Positions 37,557-49,400 of a stretch of DNA of 64,000 nucleotides are shown here, one piece after another. The position numbers and the translations under genes are program-made. The notes beneath the pieces were generated by a model, which did not search any database, had not been told where the DNA came from, and worked only from the letters and a program-made list of their open reading frames with translations. This DNA is from Takakia lepidozioides (lineage: Eukaryota; Plantae; Bryophyta), in the NCBI GenBank assembly GCA_030704615.1, contig CM060732.1:77748001-77812000 (forward strand), written 5' to 3'. Every line of letters starts with the position of its first letter. Position 1 is the stretch's first letter.

Positions 37557-38612
37557 ATGGAGGGTCGGGTGGCGGCAAGATCACTGTTGTTCCTTTGCGC
37601 GCTTCTGGCATGGTCAATCTGTGGTGCTGACGCCGCAGGTTCATGCCTGCCAGCCGAGAGGGATGCGCTCCTGGCGTTCAAGTCGGGGATCAAAGAGGAT
37701 CCCGTCAACCTGCTGCAAGGATGGCTGAAAAACACCGACTGCTGCGCGTCTAATTGGTTAGGTGTGGTCTGCGACGCCAATGGCCATGTAAAGGAGCTAG
37801 ATCTGCGCCCTGACCCTGCCTCCAACGACGGCATCTACCTGACTGGCACCATTTCCACATCCCTGGCCTCTCTTCCCCAGCTAGAGTACCTGGATCTGAG
37901 CGACTTGCTTAACCTGTCAGGCAGTATCCCAGTCGGTATTGGGAAGCTGACAAATCTGCAGCATCTGGATGTGGGGAACAACAAGCTGACAGGACCGATT
38001 CCCACGTCTTTCGGCTCCCTCACCAACCTCAACTGGCTCAGCCTGGGTGGTAACGACTTCACCGGCTCCATCCCCACTGAGCTCGGCAACCTGGGCACCA
38101 AGCTCAACTACCTCTCTCTCTCGGGCGGGTCGCTCTCTGGAGTCATCCCGCAATCGATCTTTCATCTCCCCAACCTCACCTATCTATACATAGGTTCGAA
38201 TCAGCTTTCGGGAGGCATCCCCACAGACCTGAGCGCCCTCGCCGGTACTCTGCAGTACCTGGACCTCTCCATAAACAAATTGACAGGCAAACTACCCGCA
38301 AACATCGGGGACCTCAATCAGCTCGGCCTTCTGGATGTGTCCTCGAATGCGTTTACTGGCACCATTCCTGCTAGTATTGGGCTGATCTCAGGACTCCGCA
38401 ACTTAGCGCTCAATAACAACCAATTCACTGGACACATTCCACCTGCGCTTGCAAAGCTCAAGGACCTGGTATACGTGGACCTGGCTAACAATCACCTAAC
38501 GGGGCCCATCCCCCAGGGTGCCCCCTTCTCTACGATTGGAGACTTCTCCGGTAATACTGGTCTTTGTGGAAGTCCACTTCCTGCGTGCAAGAGCAGGCGC
38601 TTACGTTTGTGA
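37557..38612 (+). CDS. Secreted plant-type LRR protein, PGIP/DRT100-like (copy 1), 351 aa
   Basis: Signal peptide, LRRNT cap (CLPAERDALLAFK..DCC..W.GV.C), about nine LxxLxLxxNxLxGxIP repeats, GN.GLCG.PL..C cap; no TM or kinase domain; intronless CDS; TATA near 37292. Confidence 0.95.
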   Translation: MEGRVAARSLLFLCALLAWSICGADAAGSCLPAERDALLAFKSGIKEDPVNLLQGWLKNTDCCASNWLGVVCDANGHVKELDLRPDPASNDGIYLTGTISTSLASLPQLEYLDLSDLLNLSGSIPVGIGKLTNLQHLDVGNNKLTGPIPTSFGSLTNLNWLSLGGNDFTGSIPTELGNLGTKLNYLSLSGGSLSGVIPQSIFHLPNLTYLYIGSNQLSGGIPTDLSALAGTLQYLDLSINKLTGKLPANIGDLNQLGLLDVSSNAFTGTIPASIGLISGLRNLALNNNQFTGHIPPALAKLKDLVYVDLANNHLTGPIPQGAPFSTIGDFSGNTGLCGSPLPACKSRRLRL

Positions 38613-40429
38613 CAAGTTTGAGGAAATTGTCAGTCGCTGAAGTCCGGAAAAGAGATTTCTCCACAATGTGCACCTGGATAGTTGCAAAACTAGTATGGCA
38701 ATGTATTTGGCAGATCTAGATGCAGGTTACGTTGAGGGAGACTGCCCACCTTAACATACATAGCAAATTACAAAGTGTACAACTGGAAGAGCAATCCTCC
38801 TCAGAAGTGAAATTTTGTGTGCTTCAATCGATCTTATCGAATAGCAGAATAGAGAATGACAGAGGTTATACGAGCATATAGAAAGCTGTCGACCAAGTAT
38901 CCAAACTTGTCAATTTCTTAGTGATAGCTTGGTGAGATAGATTAAGACTGGGCATCACGGTCAGCACGTCAGCACCAGTTTCACAGCATCTTCTTCGGAA
39001 AACCCTGCAATCTGGCTTGCAGATCATTTTGCATCAAACAGATTATGATAAATGACAATGTTCATTATACTTCTCACAATGTCACTAGGCATTGAGCAGA
39101 TCATCAGTGGCGCATTTGCTCCTCACTGGAAGAGATGATTATAAAGCAGGTTTCTCCTTACTGTGGTATATACTATTTACTGTTTACATCTCCTCGTTGT
39201 GTGGCATTTTGAAATTTTGTTGCAGTCAAAGCTCGACGCCAAATTACTCCAATCAGCACTCACTTTGAACCTATTGGGTGGCAACCTTGCTACGCCCAAT
39301 GCTTTCCATCTCTCGTTGCGGCCACAAAGTCAGTGTCTTGTGGAGCGATAGCATTTGGAGAGTCTCTCAAAGATTGCGCAGTCCTAAGCCAAAAATATGC
39401 AATTGCAGTGATCCATTCCAAGTTATATCTTGTCCTGCAGACGGGACAGCCTTTGCATGCCTTCGCATCGTTAGGCTCTCAACTTCTTTCAAACGCGGAT
39501 TAAACTCCACAACTTCGAAACTGGCCTATCATCTGCATGGGAGTACCGGAAGCACAAATGAATTATACAACGACTTTTTGCACAGAGATTAAATGAAAAA
39601 AGTGCTAGCTATAGTATCCCAGGGCTCCGATGCACAGTATTCGGACCCAATCACTACAACGGAGTTCCTGCAGAGACAAACTCCCCTCTCCAAGAGCCAT
39701 AACAACTACCATATTGCAGTCCAACTCTGGGGAGAGGAGCTTTCATTAATACAGAAACCAGTGGTCACAGTCTTCAGGAGATCCACAGATGAATTGTTAC
39801 TCTTTTCCCAACATCTGCTGAGGGATGTTCTAAATCAATCCCTACAAATCAATCTCTTCAATCGCAGAAGACCATAAACGATGTTATCAGAGAGGCAAGG
39901 ATCGCAACTCAAGTTTACTGTTCACTGGGCTGCTGTTTAAGCACGTAACATGAGAGCATCTTCCCAAACCCAACTTCTTGTGTAAGCAGACTCTCCCAAA
40001 CCTAACATCTGAGCTTGATAAGGCTCGCAGCTGGCTCGTATGTCAAAAGCGTATTATTCTATATTCGCATAATTGTAAAATATGCTAATCTTGCATGAAA
40101 GGCAGGGTGGCCAACGCTTGAGCTTGGCCGCACACCCACCCTGATGAATGGCAAACTGGGCTGTGAACTCACTTTCGGATCTGTACGACCGAGGGCTGCT
40201 GGAAACCAGAACACGTTACAGGTGGGCTACCAAGCTGGTAATGGAGTACAGGACATGGTGGAAGCCCAAACACAGAAAGAGCAGGAGTTGTATGGAGCTC
40301 TTGACAGTTACTTTCAACCTAAGTCATGTTTTTCTTGGAAGTTCTTCCTGTTTCGGGGATTAGTCAGCAGCACACTTCGTGTTTACATCTGAAGCGTGCA
40401 CAGATACAAAAGGGGAGCATGTGCATTAG

Positions 40430-40780
40430 AATCTCAGGCCCAAAGATCGCACAGGTGATTGCTTCCATCGAGGGAAATGCGACTTGACATCTAATGAGTA
40501 GGTGTAGGTAAGTGGAGGCGTTCTCTGCTTTCGGTACAATGAGAGCTTACAAGTCCACCCGACATATTTATTATCTCCACGGAGTACATTGTGTCCTACA
40601 GCCGAAGCGACTGACTGCGAGCCCTGTACAAGCCTTGATAGGACTTTCTGACCATCTAGATGCATAAACGAGTTGGGGCGAACGAGGGACCACTCTCTTG
40701 TTGAGAGTCGTAAAGATCTTTTGAAATATATCATGTCAGCTTGTTGCTTCGGAATTCTAGATATTGACTCGGTTCTTCAG
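40430..40780 (-). pseudogene. Highly degraded LRR gene fragment (paralog of 59970-60324)
   Basis: Homologous to the NLQHLEFRSNKLTGDI segment; cut at the duplication junction. Confidence 0.5.
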
Positions 40781-43700
40781 TTTCCTCTCAGAGAGGAGTT
40801 AAAAGGAAGTTTTTTGTCCGTCCACTAGTATCGTAGTCCTCCCCGTCTCTTAGACCCTAGCTGCCGTGCCCCTCTGGATCTGATCACGGTTGGATGTTAG
40901 TGGAAGTATGGCTGGCACAAAATTGATCCTGCTGAAGCAAGCTATGGGATTTGTGATTCAAAACTTGAGCCCAGTTGATCGGCTCTCTGTGATTGCATTC
41001 TCATCGACTGCAAAGCGGCTTTTCCCTCTCTTGCGAATGGGGGAATCTGGACGCCAGCTGGCATTGTCATATTAATGCTATGGTATCCACTGGTGGTACT
41101 AACATTGCGGAAGGTCTGAGGAAGGGAGCCAAGGTGGGTTTTTGTTCATGGATACATGTGAATTGCATCCACATGTTGTTTTTGCAAGGAATTGTTAGAA
41201 TTAGGATGGATAACTTTTGGGTTCAACTCATCATCCATTAGATATTCTAGATACCTAGAATAGACGCGGCTTAGAATACTATTAGATAAGTCTTGAGGGA
41301 ATACACATAATAAGACATCTCGGAACTTAGGAGACATCTCTCGTTAGGAGACATCTAGTAGATATATATATTGACCGCAAGGGAGAGGCAAATCAGTCTT
41401 TGTACAGACCTCTATGGTTGGGAGGAGAGCTCCTTTGTAATAGAGTCATATTGGTTCATCCCTGCATCTACAGAAGTATGTGTGTGTTTTCTTGACATGG
41501 TATCAGAGCGGGTTTTTCTGTAGAATTCTTTATAGGATTGAGAGATCTAGTTTCAGTCCTATTTCTAGAAGTGGGATTGATTAGCAAGAGAGAAAGAACT
41601 TGCTATAGCAAAGATCTGTGTTGTGTATTTGATACCTTGGTGATAGTGTAAAATTCTTATTTCTGTACACCTATATCCACATCTCCTTGAGTTTGAGAGA
41701 AATAGAACATTATACTTGATTAGCTTGGTCTATGTAGATTTGAAATGTCTTCTCAACATCTTAGTTATCATGCTATTGCAAAGTTCGATGGATATATGTT
41801 TCATATCTGGAAGAACAAGATGCGAATGGTTCTTGTTAGAGAGGGCACATAGAAGGTTGTGTCTGGCAAACATAGGAAACCGTCAGAATTAGATGTTGAT
41901 GCACTAGATCAATGGGAGGATCTTGATTAGAAAGCTTTTGCAACTATTTCTTTGCATGTGAATGATTCTTTGTTTGGGCAAGTGAGTAAGCATAAGACAT
42001 CTTGTGAAGCTCAATGAGAATTCATAGTCATGATGTATGAGCCCAAAAATGGAAACGCATTGTTACATTGCGACAACAACTTTTCACTCTTACGATGAGT
42101 GAGGGAGATTCCATTGTTTCTCACATAGCAAAGATGCGAATTTTATTGGATCAGATGCAGCGACAGGGTCGGAGATTTTAGAGTTAGACACATGCATGAC
42201 ATTGATGGGGAGTTTGACTCCAGCATTTGAGTTTATTCTGGTATCTCTTGGAACTCATTCTATTGTTGATGTATCTATGGAATTAGTTGTTAGAGTGTTC
42301 TTCCAGGAGGAATCACGTCAGAAGGGTCTTGTTGCTGCTACCCTATCAGATGTTGCACTCAACACTTGGAACAAGTGCAAGCACTCTGTTTCTACCTCTA
42401 ATACATCCACCCAGGAGAAGGGAAAGAAGAAGAAGGGAAAGTGTTTCTATTGTGGGAAACTTAATCACCATGCTAGTGAATGTCAAAAGAAAGAAGTTGA
42501 TAGGAAAGCTGGCAAACTCAAGAGATTTGCACCTGAAGCCAATCACGTGGAGGGTGCTGGTGACAATAGTGAGTTGTTTGTGACTGCCTTGTTTATAGCC
42601 CTGGGTGACAACACAAATTGGTACATCGACTTTGGTGCTTATCAGCTGACATCGCACAGAGAATGGTTTTCTACCTACGAAGACCTTCCATGTGATAGAA
42701 AGATGTATGTTGGTGATGACAGTGCTCTTGAGATCAAGGGTAAGGATACTATAATTCCCTTCAAGTTGCCGAGTGGAGTCTGCAAGAACATCAAGGAGGT
42801 TCTACATGTTGAAGGACTCCAGAAGAATCTACTATCAGTTAGCAAGATGGAGGATCAAGGTTATTATGTAACTTTCAGATCCGGGAGCTGTTTGATGGAG
42901 ACTTATGAGGCAATGTGGTTGCGATGGGCATTCGGACATGACAACTCTACAAGTTGTCAGGATCTCCACAGATAGCAAACGTGTCACAATGCGTCGACAT
43001 TAATGGTTCCATGGGGAAGGCTGATTTATGGCATCAGCGTCTCGATCATCTTGGCATTGCAAACTTGAAGAGCTTGAAAACAAGGGACATGGTCGAAGGT
43101 ATACACTTGGAGGTTACGTCTAATCTAGAGTTCTGTCAAGGTTGTGTATATGGAAAGCATCACTACATTCCATTTCCAACTACAGGTGGTACACGGGTAC
43201 CGGAGTTGCTTGAGTTGGTATATAGTGATGTGTGTGGACCCATGGAGAACCTTTCTCATGGTGGTGCTAGATACTTCGTCACTTTCATTAATGATTTGTT
43301 GCGGAAAACCTTTGTTTATTTCTTGATGAAAAAATATGAGGTTTTGGATAAGTTCAAGGTATTCAAAGCTCTTGCAAAGAAGCAGACATGGAAAGTAATC
43401 AAGAAGTTGTGGTGCAACAATGATGGTGAGTACATCTCAAAGGCATTTCATCAGTTTTGTGAACAACATGGGATGGAGCGACGGATGACTACACCTTACA
43501 CCCCACAGCGAAATGGGAGTTACAGAACGAAAGAACCAGACTTTGGTTGAGAGTGCAAGGTGCATGTTGGAGCACCAAGGTCTTGACAAAGTGTTTGGGC
43601 TGAAGCTGTTTCTACTGCTGTGTATGTTAACAATCGAGCATTTACCATTGCAGTAAAGGATATGACACCTGAGGAGGCATGGAGTGATTGTACACCTAAG

Positions 43701-44166
43701 AGTTTTTGGTTGTGATGCATATGCTCATGTTCCGAAAGAAAAACGCTCAAAGCTGGATTTCAAAAGTATGAAGTACATATTTTTGGGATATTGTGAAGGG
43801 TCTAAATGTTATCATCTTTATGACTCAGAACGCAAAGTTATGATTACGAGTCATGACGTCCACTTTGTTGAGTCTTATAGGCTTACAGAGATGGTGGGAG
43901 CTGCTGAGATTCTTGTCACAGTTGCTGATGCTCCGCATGTTTTACCGCAAACTCATCTAGTTCCACTTGTATTAGCTGATACTGTTCCACTTGCAGCGCA
44001 CGACGTACCAAGTGAACATGCTCTTAGACTTAAAGGGAGTTATGGTGATCTCAATGAGATTTATGAGAAAGCTGGTGAGAAGGTGGATAAGCCATTTGTA
44101 CCTGGACGCTCAGAACGTAGTTGGAAACCATCCAACAGATTTGTAGAGTCTCTAGACATGGCTTTT

Positions 44167-44806
44167 GGGTCAATGCATGCTAGAGTGGCTAAAAAAGTAT
44201 TGTACAGTTAGTGAAATTTTGCCAGCATACCAACTTCGCGCTATGGACACTTGCAACCCTTACATTTTTATACCATCATATATATGCTTTCTGGAAAGAG
44301 GAGAATGTAGGGAATCTCTTTCACAAGAGTATATTTCAGATAGGTTCTACCATGTATGAATTTTGGATACTTTTATGCAAAGTTGTAACGATGTCCGACC
44401 CATGCATATGGGACCTTCAAATTTAGGTCAATTTACAAATTTGGTCTGTTGAGTTTGAAACTTGGTACAGTATTAGATCACCTACCTACAAAACCAGTGT
44501 AAAATTTTCACAACCATCTAATGTGTATTCTAGGAATTATGGCTGCCCGATTTTCAAAATTTCACTAAAAGGAAAAAGCCAAAATGGACATGATACTTTA
44601 GTTGATGAATACATACTCAAATTCAATAATTTCAAGTGCATAAGGTGTAGCCTACTCTAAAGCATATGTTGAAGACTTCAAAAGTATCAAAAAGTAAAAG
44701 AAAAGTATAAGAAAAATTTAAAATTTAAATAAAAGTGAGCAAAAAGTATGCATAAAAACCATACAAAAATTTCGCAAAATGATATCACTCTAGTGTGCAT
44801 TGACCC
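44167..44806. mobile_element. Non-autonomous TIR element (640 bp), 21-bp TIRs, 4-bp TSD; Sola-like
   Basis: GGGTCAATGCATGCTAGAGTG ... CACTCTAGTGTGCATTGACCC (2 mismatches); TTTT on both sides; removing the element plus 4 bp restores the Copia frame (..LDMAFAFHCTNNDEP..). Confidence 0.85.
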
Positions 44807-45347
44807 TTTTGCATTTCACTGTACTAACAATGATGAACCACAGTCCTTGAGAGAAGCATTGGATAGTGTTGATGCTTCACTGTGGAAGGAAGCTCTTGAT
44901 TCAGAGTACAAAGCCAGTAAGGATAATGACACTTGGGTTCTTGCTCCTCTGCCAATTGGAAGGAGAACACTTGGAAGCAAGAGGATCTTCAAGATGAAGT
45001 ACAAGGCAGATGGAACTGTAAAGCGATACAAAGCTGGGCTCATTGCCAAGGGCTCATTCTCAAAGGGAAATGAAGTGAATCCTAAGGTATCTCAAATGTG
45101 CTATTGATCATGGATTATGCTTCAATGGGAGTCCTTTGGACAATGATGGTTTGCACATGGTGGGATACTATGATGCAGATATTTTGACCAAGAGTCTCAT
45201 TCACGAAAAGCTTATGCACAAGCATGTGCGCTTCAAGACGATGAGGGGGGTTGTTGACTTCCGATCTTAGTAATGTCGTTGAGTGGGAGTGTTAGAATTA
45301 GGATGGATGAACTTTTGGGTTTAACAGATCATCCGTTAGATATTCTA

Positions 45348-46454
45348 CCGTTTAGGCATTTTTGCGCCTAATAATAAAATCAATCAATCAAAAAATTAGG
45401 CATGTTTTGAAAACAATTTAGAACTCAAATTAGGCATCTTCATGCTATAATTTTTTAGAATTAGGCACATAAGAAGAAAAAACATTTATTTTCTTAAGAA
45501 TAAAATTACAAAATAGACACCTAATGCCCATAGGCCCTTCTAGGCTCCAGCTACCTTTCATTTCCTTTGAAACCCTAAAAATGCCCCTCTTTATTGTACG
45601 CGGTGCTCTAAAGCTAAGGCGAGCTCTCCTTTCGCTCTCACACTTCAGGTGAGTTCAATATTGATAGTCCACACTAGTGTAGGCACGTTGGTACAGGGCT
45701 TTGGTACATTGATCATTGGGTAGGCACGTTTGTTTAGGGCTTTGATACATTGGTCATTGGGTACACTGGTTTTCATATTGGTATGCCGATGCATGGTGAA
45801 ACCTCTTACATAATGGTACTCTTGTTGTGGTAGGCTAGTAGGCTAGTTATTTCCGCACGCATATATTTGTATTGATTTTTGTTCAAAGAAATTTTGATCT
45901 TATTACAAACAACGTGAGAAGAGGCTTGCAAGTTTTTTGGTGGAATTCTTGGGCATTAGGCACTTTGGTCCCGTAATTTCCCAACAATTAGGCCAAAATC
46001 TAAAAAATTCACAGAATTGATTAGGCACTTTCATTTTGTAAGAGGTAAAGCCCTTGCCCCAGGACTTTCCTGGATTTGAGGCGCCTGTCCCCGGGGCGGA
46101 GCCCCAGGGCAGGGGTCGAAAATCCGGGACGAGGACTTTACCTTTCGTAAAAAAACGAAGCTGCCCGTTTTTTAGACTGCCGGTTTCTCCTCTGGGTTGC
46201 CACTAGGGTTTCATTTTCACATCATTGTAGCTCGCTGCCCAAGTTTGAAAATCGTCTCCCCAATATTAACAATAATAGATCCATAAAATATGCGAGCCTA
46301 TCAGGGGACAGATCCCCCCCCCCCCGTCCCGGGGCAAAAACCTGTAATCATGTGCAAGGGAAAATTCCTATCAGGGAAGCCCTAATTTTAACAAAGCCAA
46401 AAATCTGAAGGTTTTTACAAATTAATTATCGCCTTAACGGTTGTCCAGGGACGG
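45348..46454. mobile_element. ~1.1 kb insertion in the Copia 3' LTR, probably a non-autonomous DNA transposon
   Basis: Absent from the 5' LTR; TA-CCGT...ACGG-TA ends; longer inverted match ACCGTTTAGGC / GCCTTAACGGT (46431-46441); many TAGGCA motifs; about 29 bp of LTR lost at the site. Confidence 0.7.
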
Positions 46455-49400
46455 TAGCTATTAGATAAGTCTTGAGGGAATAGACATCTCTAGGTTGGAG
46501 ACATCTCGGAAAGAGACATCTCTCGGTAGGAGACATCTAGGTAGATATATATATATTGACCTCAGGGGAGAGGCAATTAATCTTTGTACAAAACCTCTAT
46601 GGTAGGGAGGAGAGCTCCTCTGTAAGAGAGTCATATTGTTTCATCCTTGCATCTTCAGAAGTAAGTTTGTGTTTTCTTGACAGGAATAACTTTTTGGCCA
46701 TCCACCAAGTTGCCTATGCTCTCTTTCCTTGTGGGCTTTCGTTCTCTTTCTTTCACTGGACGTTAAAGAAACTTTATCCTTATCTTTCTATACAGTACCA
46801 TTTCAGTACCATTTCATTTTTATTTTTTCACGCTCAGACAGACACACAATCATGAATTCTACGTGGCAATCTTTGGAGAAAGTGACAAAAATCCTCGTTT
46901 TGCACTGAAATTAAGTCAAGAACAAGGACGCGCCATTTGGGGATTTTTTGCCAGATTGCAGTTTGCAGTTGACAATTTTAAGGGCATCGGCTGATGGGTC
47001 TCTGCTGGCAAGCAGGTGCTAGACGACCGCCGAATGCGAAATCCAGTGGCAAGCATCATGCTTTTATCGGATGGACAAGACACTTACACAATGGGCGCAA
47101 GGGGTCATCTCTCCTTACCCCAAAATCGTACTGGAAGTGATTACCGGCGTCTCCTTCCCGGATCTATCTGGCAGAGCCGGCACTCCGGCCAGATTCCAAT
47201 TCCTGTGCACACATTTGGGTTCGGGGTTGATCATGATGCATCCACCATGCATTCGATGGTGGAGGTAATGGTGGGACCTTCTCGTTCATTCAGGTGCGTG
47301 CTGATGGATGCTTCTTCCTTAGTTATGTGTGGAGCACTGCTTTTTTCGCTTCTCTCTTGCAAATTGGCACCACAAAGCTCTTTAGCTAAATTAAGGATTC
47401 TTTTATTGCATTTCTGTTTTCAAAATTTTCTTGAGGTATCAGCTCCTTGTGGATCTCCAAGCATGCCAGTAACTTAAATTATCAACCAAGACTGTGCCAG
47501 CATGGAGCATACTCAGTGGTTGAGGCCTTGATCTTGGTCCCATTTCTTGGTTGTTGGTCTTTGGTCTTGGTCCCATGGCCTTTAGACACCCACATCTTTG
47601 GACCAAGAATGAGACAAATTGACGTGTTTGAATGGTTTGTTGAGCACCACTGACAAGCTATTTAAATGCTGAAGAGCAGACATTATTAGAGCACCTTTTG
47701 TAGACACAATCCTCATCCCCTTGGAGAGAGGGGGATGGAGGATGTACAGTTGAGGATGCATTGGTTCTCAGGCAAAATCATATCCTTTGGATTTGACAGG
47801 CTGAAGGCATACAAGATGCATTTGCCCAATGCATTGGGGGTCTACTCAGCGTGGTCATCCAGGATGCACAGTTACTTCTCAACAGTGGAGCGTTGGGGTT
47901 GTAATGAAAAGCATCCAAGCAGGGAGCTATGAAAGCAGCATCCGGGAGAGTGCAAGCCAAGGCATTGTAAAATTTGGTGATATGTGTGCGGAAGAGGAAA
48001 GAGACATCCTTCTGGAGTTAAAGCTTCCAGCCCTTGAGAAGGTGCCATAGGTGACCCGCCTCTGAGTACCCTTCTGCGGGTTGGCTGCTCCTACAAAGAC
48101 CCATTGACTCAGAAGTAAAGCAGACACCTGTACAACAGGTAACTATTGGGCTCCCTGACCCTATTTCCATCCAGTGAACTGATTACAACTGCATTGCCAG
48201 GGAGCTTGGACACCTTGTATAGTGTTTATTGAGATGCCCACTTTCATCACACTAGGAGAGAGAGATGACAATGTCATACTGTCCCATACCTCTTTTCTGC
48301 TGTTTTTATAGTGTCCCTTGAGTCTTTGGGCCTTGCAGGGACATAAGAGTTTTTCTTCATTGTTTCTCTCCCATCGGATACCTGTAGGCTAGGAGCTGGC
48401 CAACTTGCGTCACTTCTGTTGTGGAGACAAAAAATCATTGTTTTGTTCTTGTAGCCTTCCTACTGCGAGATCCCAAGCAGATAGTGGTAGCTCTTAGAGA
48501 GCCTTCGTCCATGGAAGACACCGTCAGGTACCTATGAGGACCCACAGCACTTAGCAGCGTAGTTTGTCCATGTGCCCTCTGGGCCCCTCTGAATGTAATA
48601 AACTTCTTTCTCTTCCCCTTACTTTGTCTCATGCCGTTGCCATCACAAATGAGGGCAAGACACTGGTGTCTTCTACATTCTCGTCCTTGGCAAAGGGCAT
48701 CAACTACAAGGACCGAAAGTGCTTAGCAGCTGACATTCATGAGCCGCTCCCTCTCATAGCAACAGTTGGGTCGGTTGATTTCCTCTTCCTGTGGACGTAA
48801 TAGATTTCTTTCTTCTTCCCTAAATTGCTTTCCAGTCTTATGTTCTGGCTCTTTGCATTGGTGTTAGGTGTGTATTGTGCAGCCTGAAGTAGAGAGAGCA
48901 AGAAACAGTGAGCATCCAAGTAGACCAGCAAAAAATTCGGCTACGAACAGCACAAATCATTGTGGAGGCGGGAACACTGGCCGATATGGGAGACATAGCG
49001 GGTGCACAGACTGTCTTGCAAAATGCAAAGTCAGCCCTCCAAAGCTCGGTTGCATCCCAGGTACTGCAATTAGGACATTGTTTTGGAACTTCAAATCTGT
49101 TCCGATGAACTCGTTTCTCTTAGCACTTTTTCAAGTCCTCGTTATTGTCAAGTCCTCGTCTTTGTGTGAATTAGTAGTATAGTATTCGGTATGTGAGAAG
49201 ATAGACCACCTTTCTTTTTGGGACAACAGATTTGAGCCCAAGCCACGTGAAGCCTTTTCTTATCGGTCGAGTGTAGGTAGTAGCACTTGCTATAACTTAA
49301 AAGTTGCAAAGGGATGTGGAGCAAAGTAGATGGTTTGACCCTTCTATGGAGAAGCATTGTGGAGTAGCTGTCTACTAATCGTATCAAGGGAATTGGAGTG

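Larger units (their letters stand above)
25170..40786. repeat. Tandem segmental duplication, unit A (unit B = 40783-60335)
   Basis: 25170-32991 matches 40783-51071 and 36461-40786 matches 55862-60335; the middle segments are non-homologous. Confidence 0.92.
41193..46682 (+). mobile_element. Ty1/copia LTR retrotransposon, decayed, most of RT/RNase H deleted
   Basis: TSD GGAAT (41188-41192 / 46683-46687); LTRs 41193-41497 and 45290-46682 (interrupted); PBS TGGTATCAGAGC 41498-41509; PPT GAGTGGGAG; gag knuckle CFYCGKLNHHASEC, PR WYIDFGA, integrase LWHQRL / SDVCGP, RT start KYKADGTVKRYKA. Confidence 0.96.

Noticed and set aside
38592-38612. C-terminal SRRLRL as a peroxisomal targeting signal
   Set aside because: Terminal tripeptide LRL is not a canonical PTS1 and the proteins carry N-terminal signal peptides
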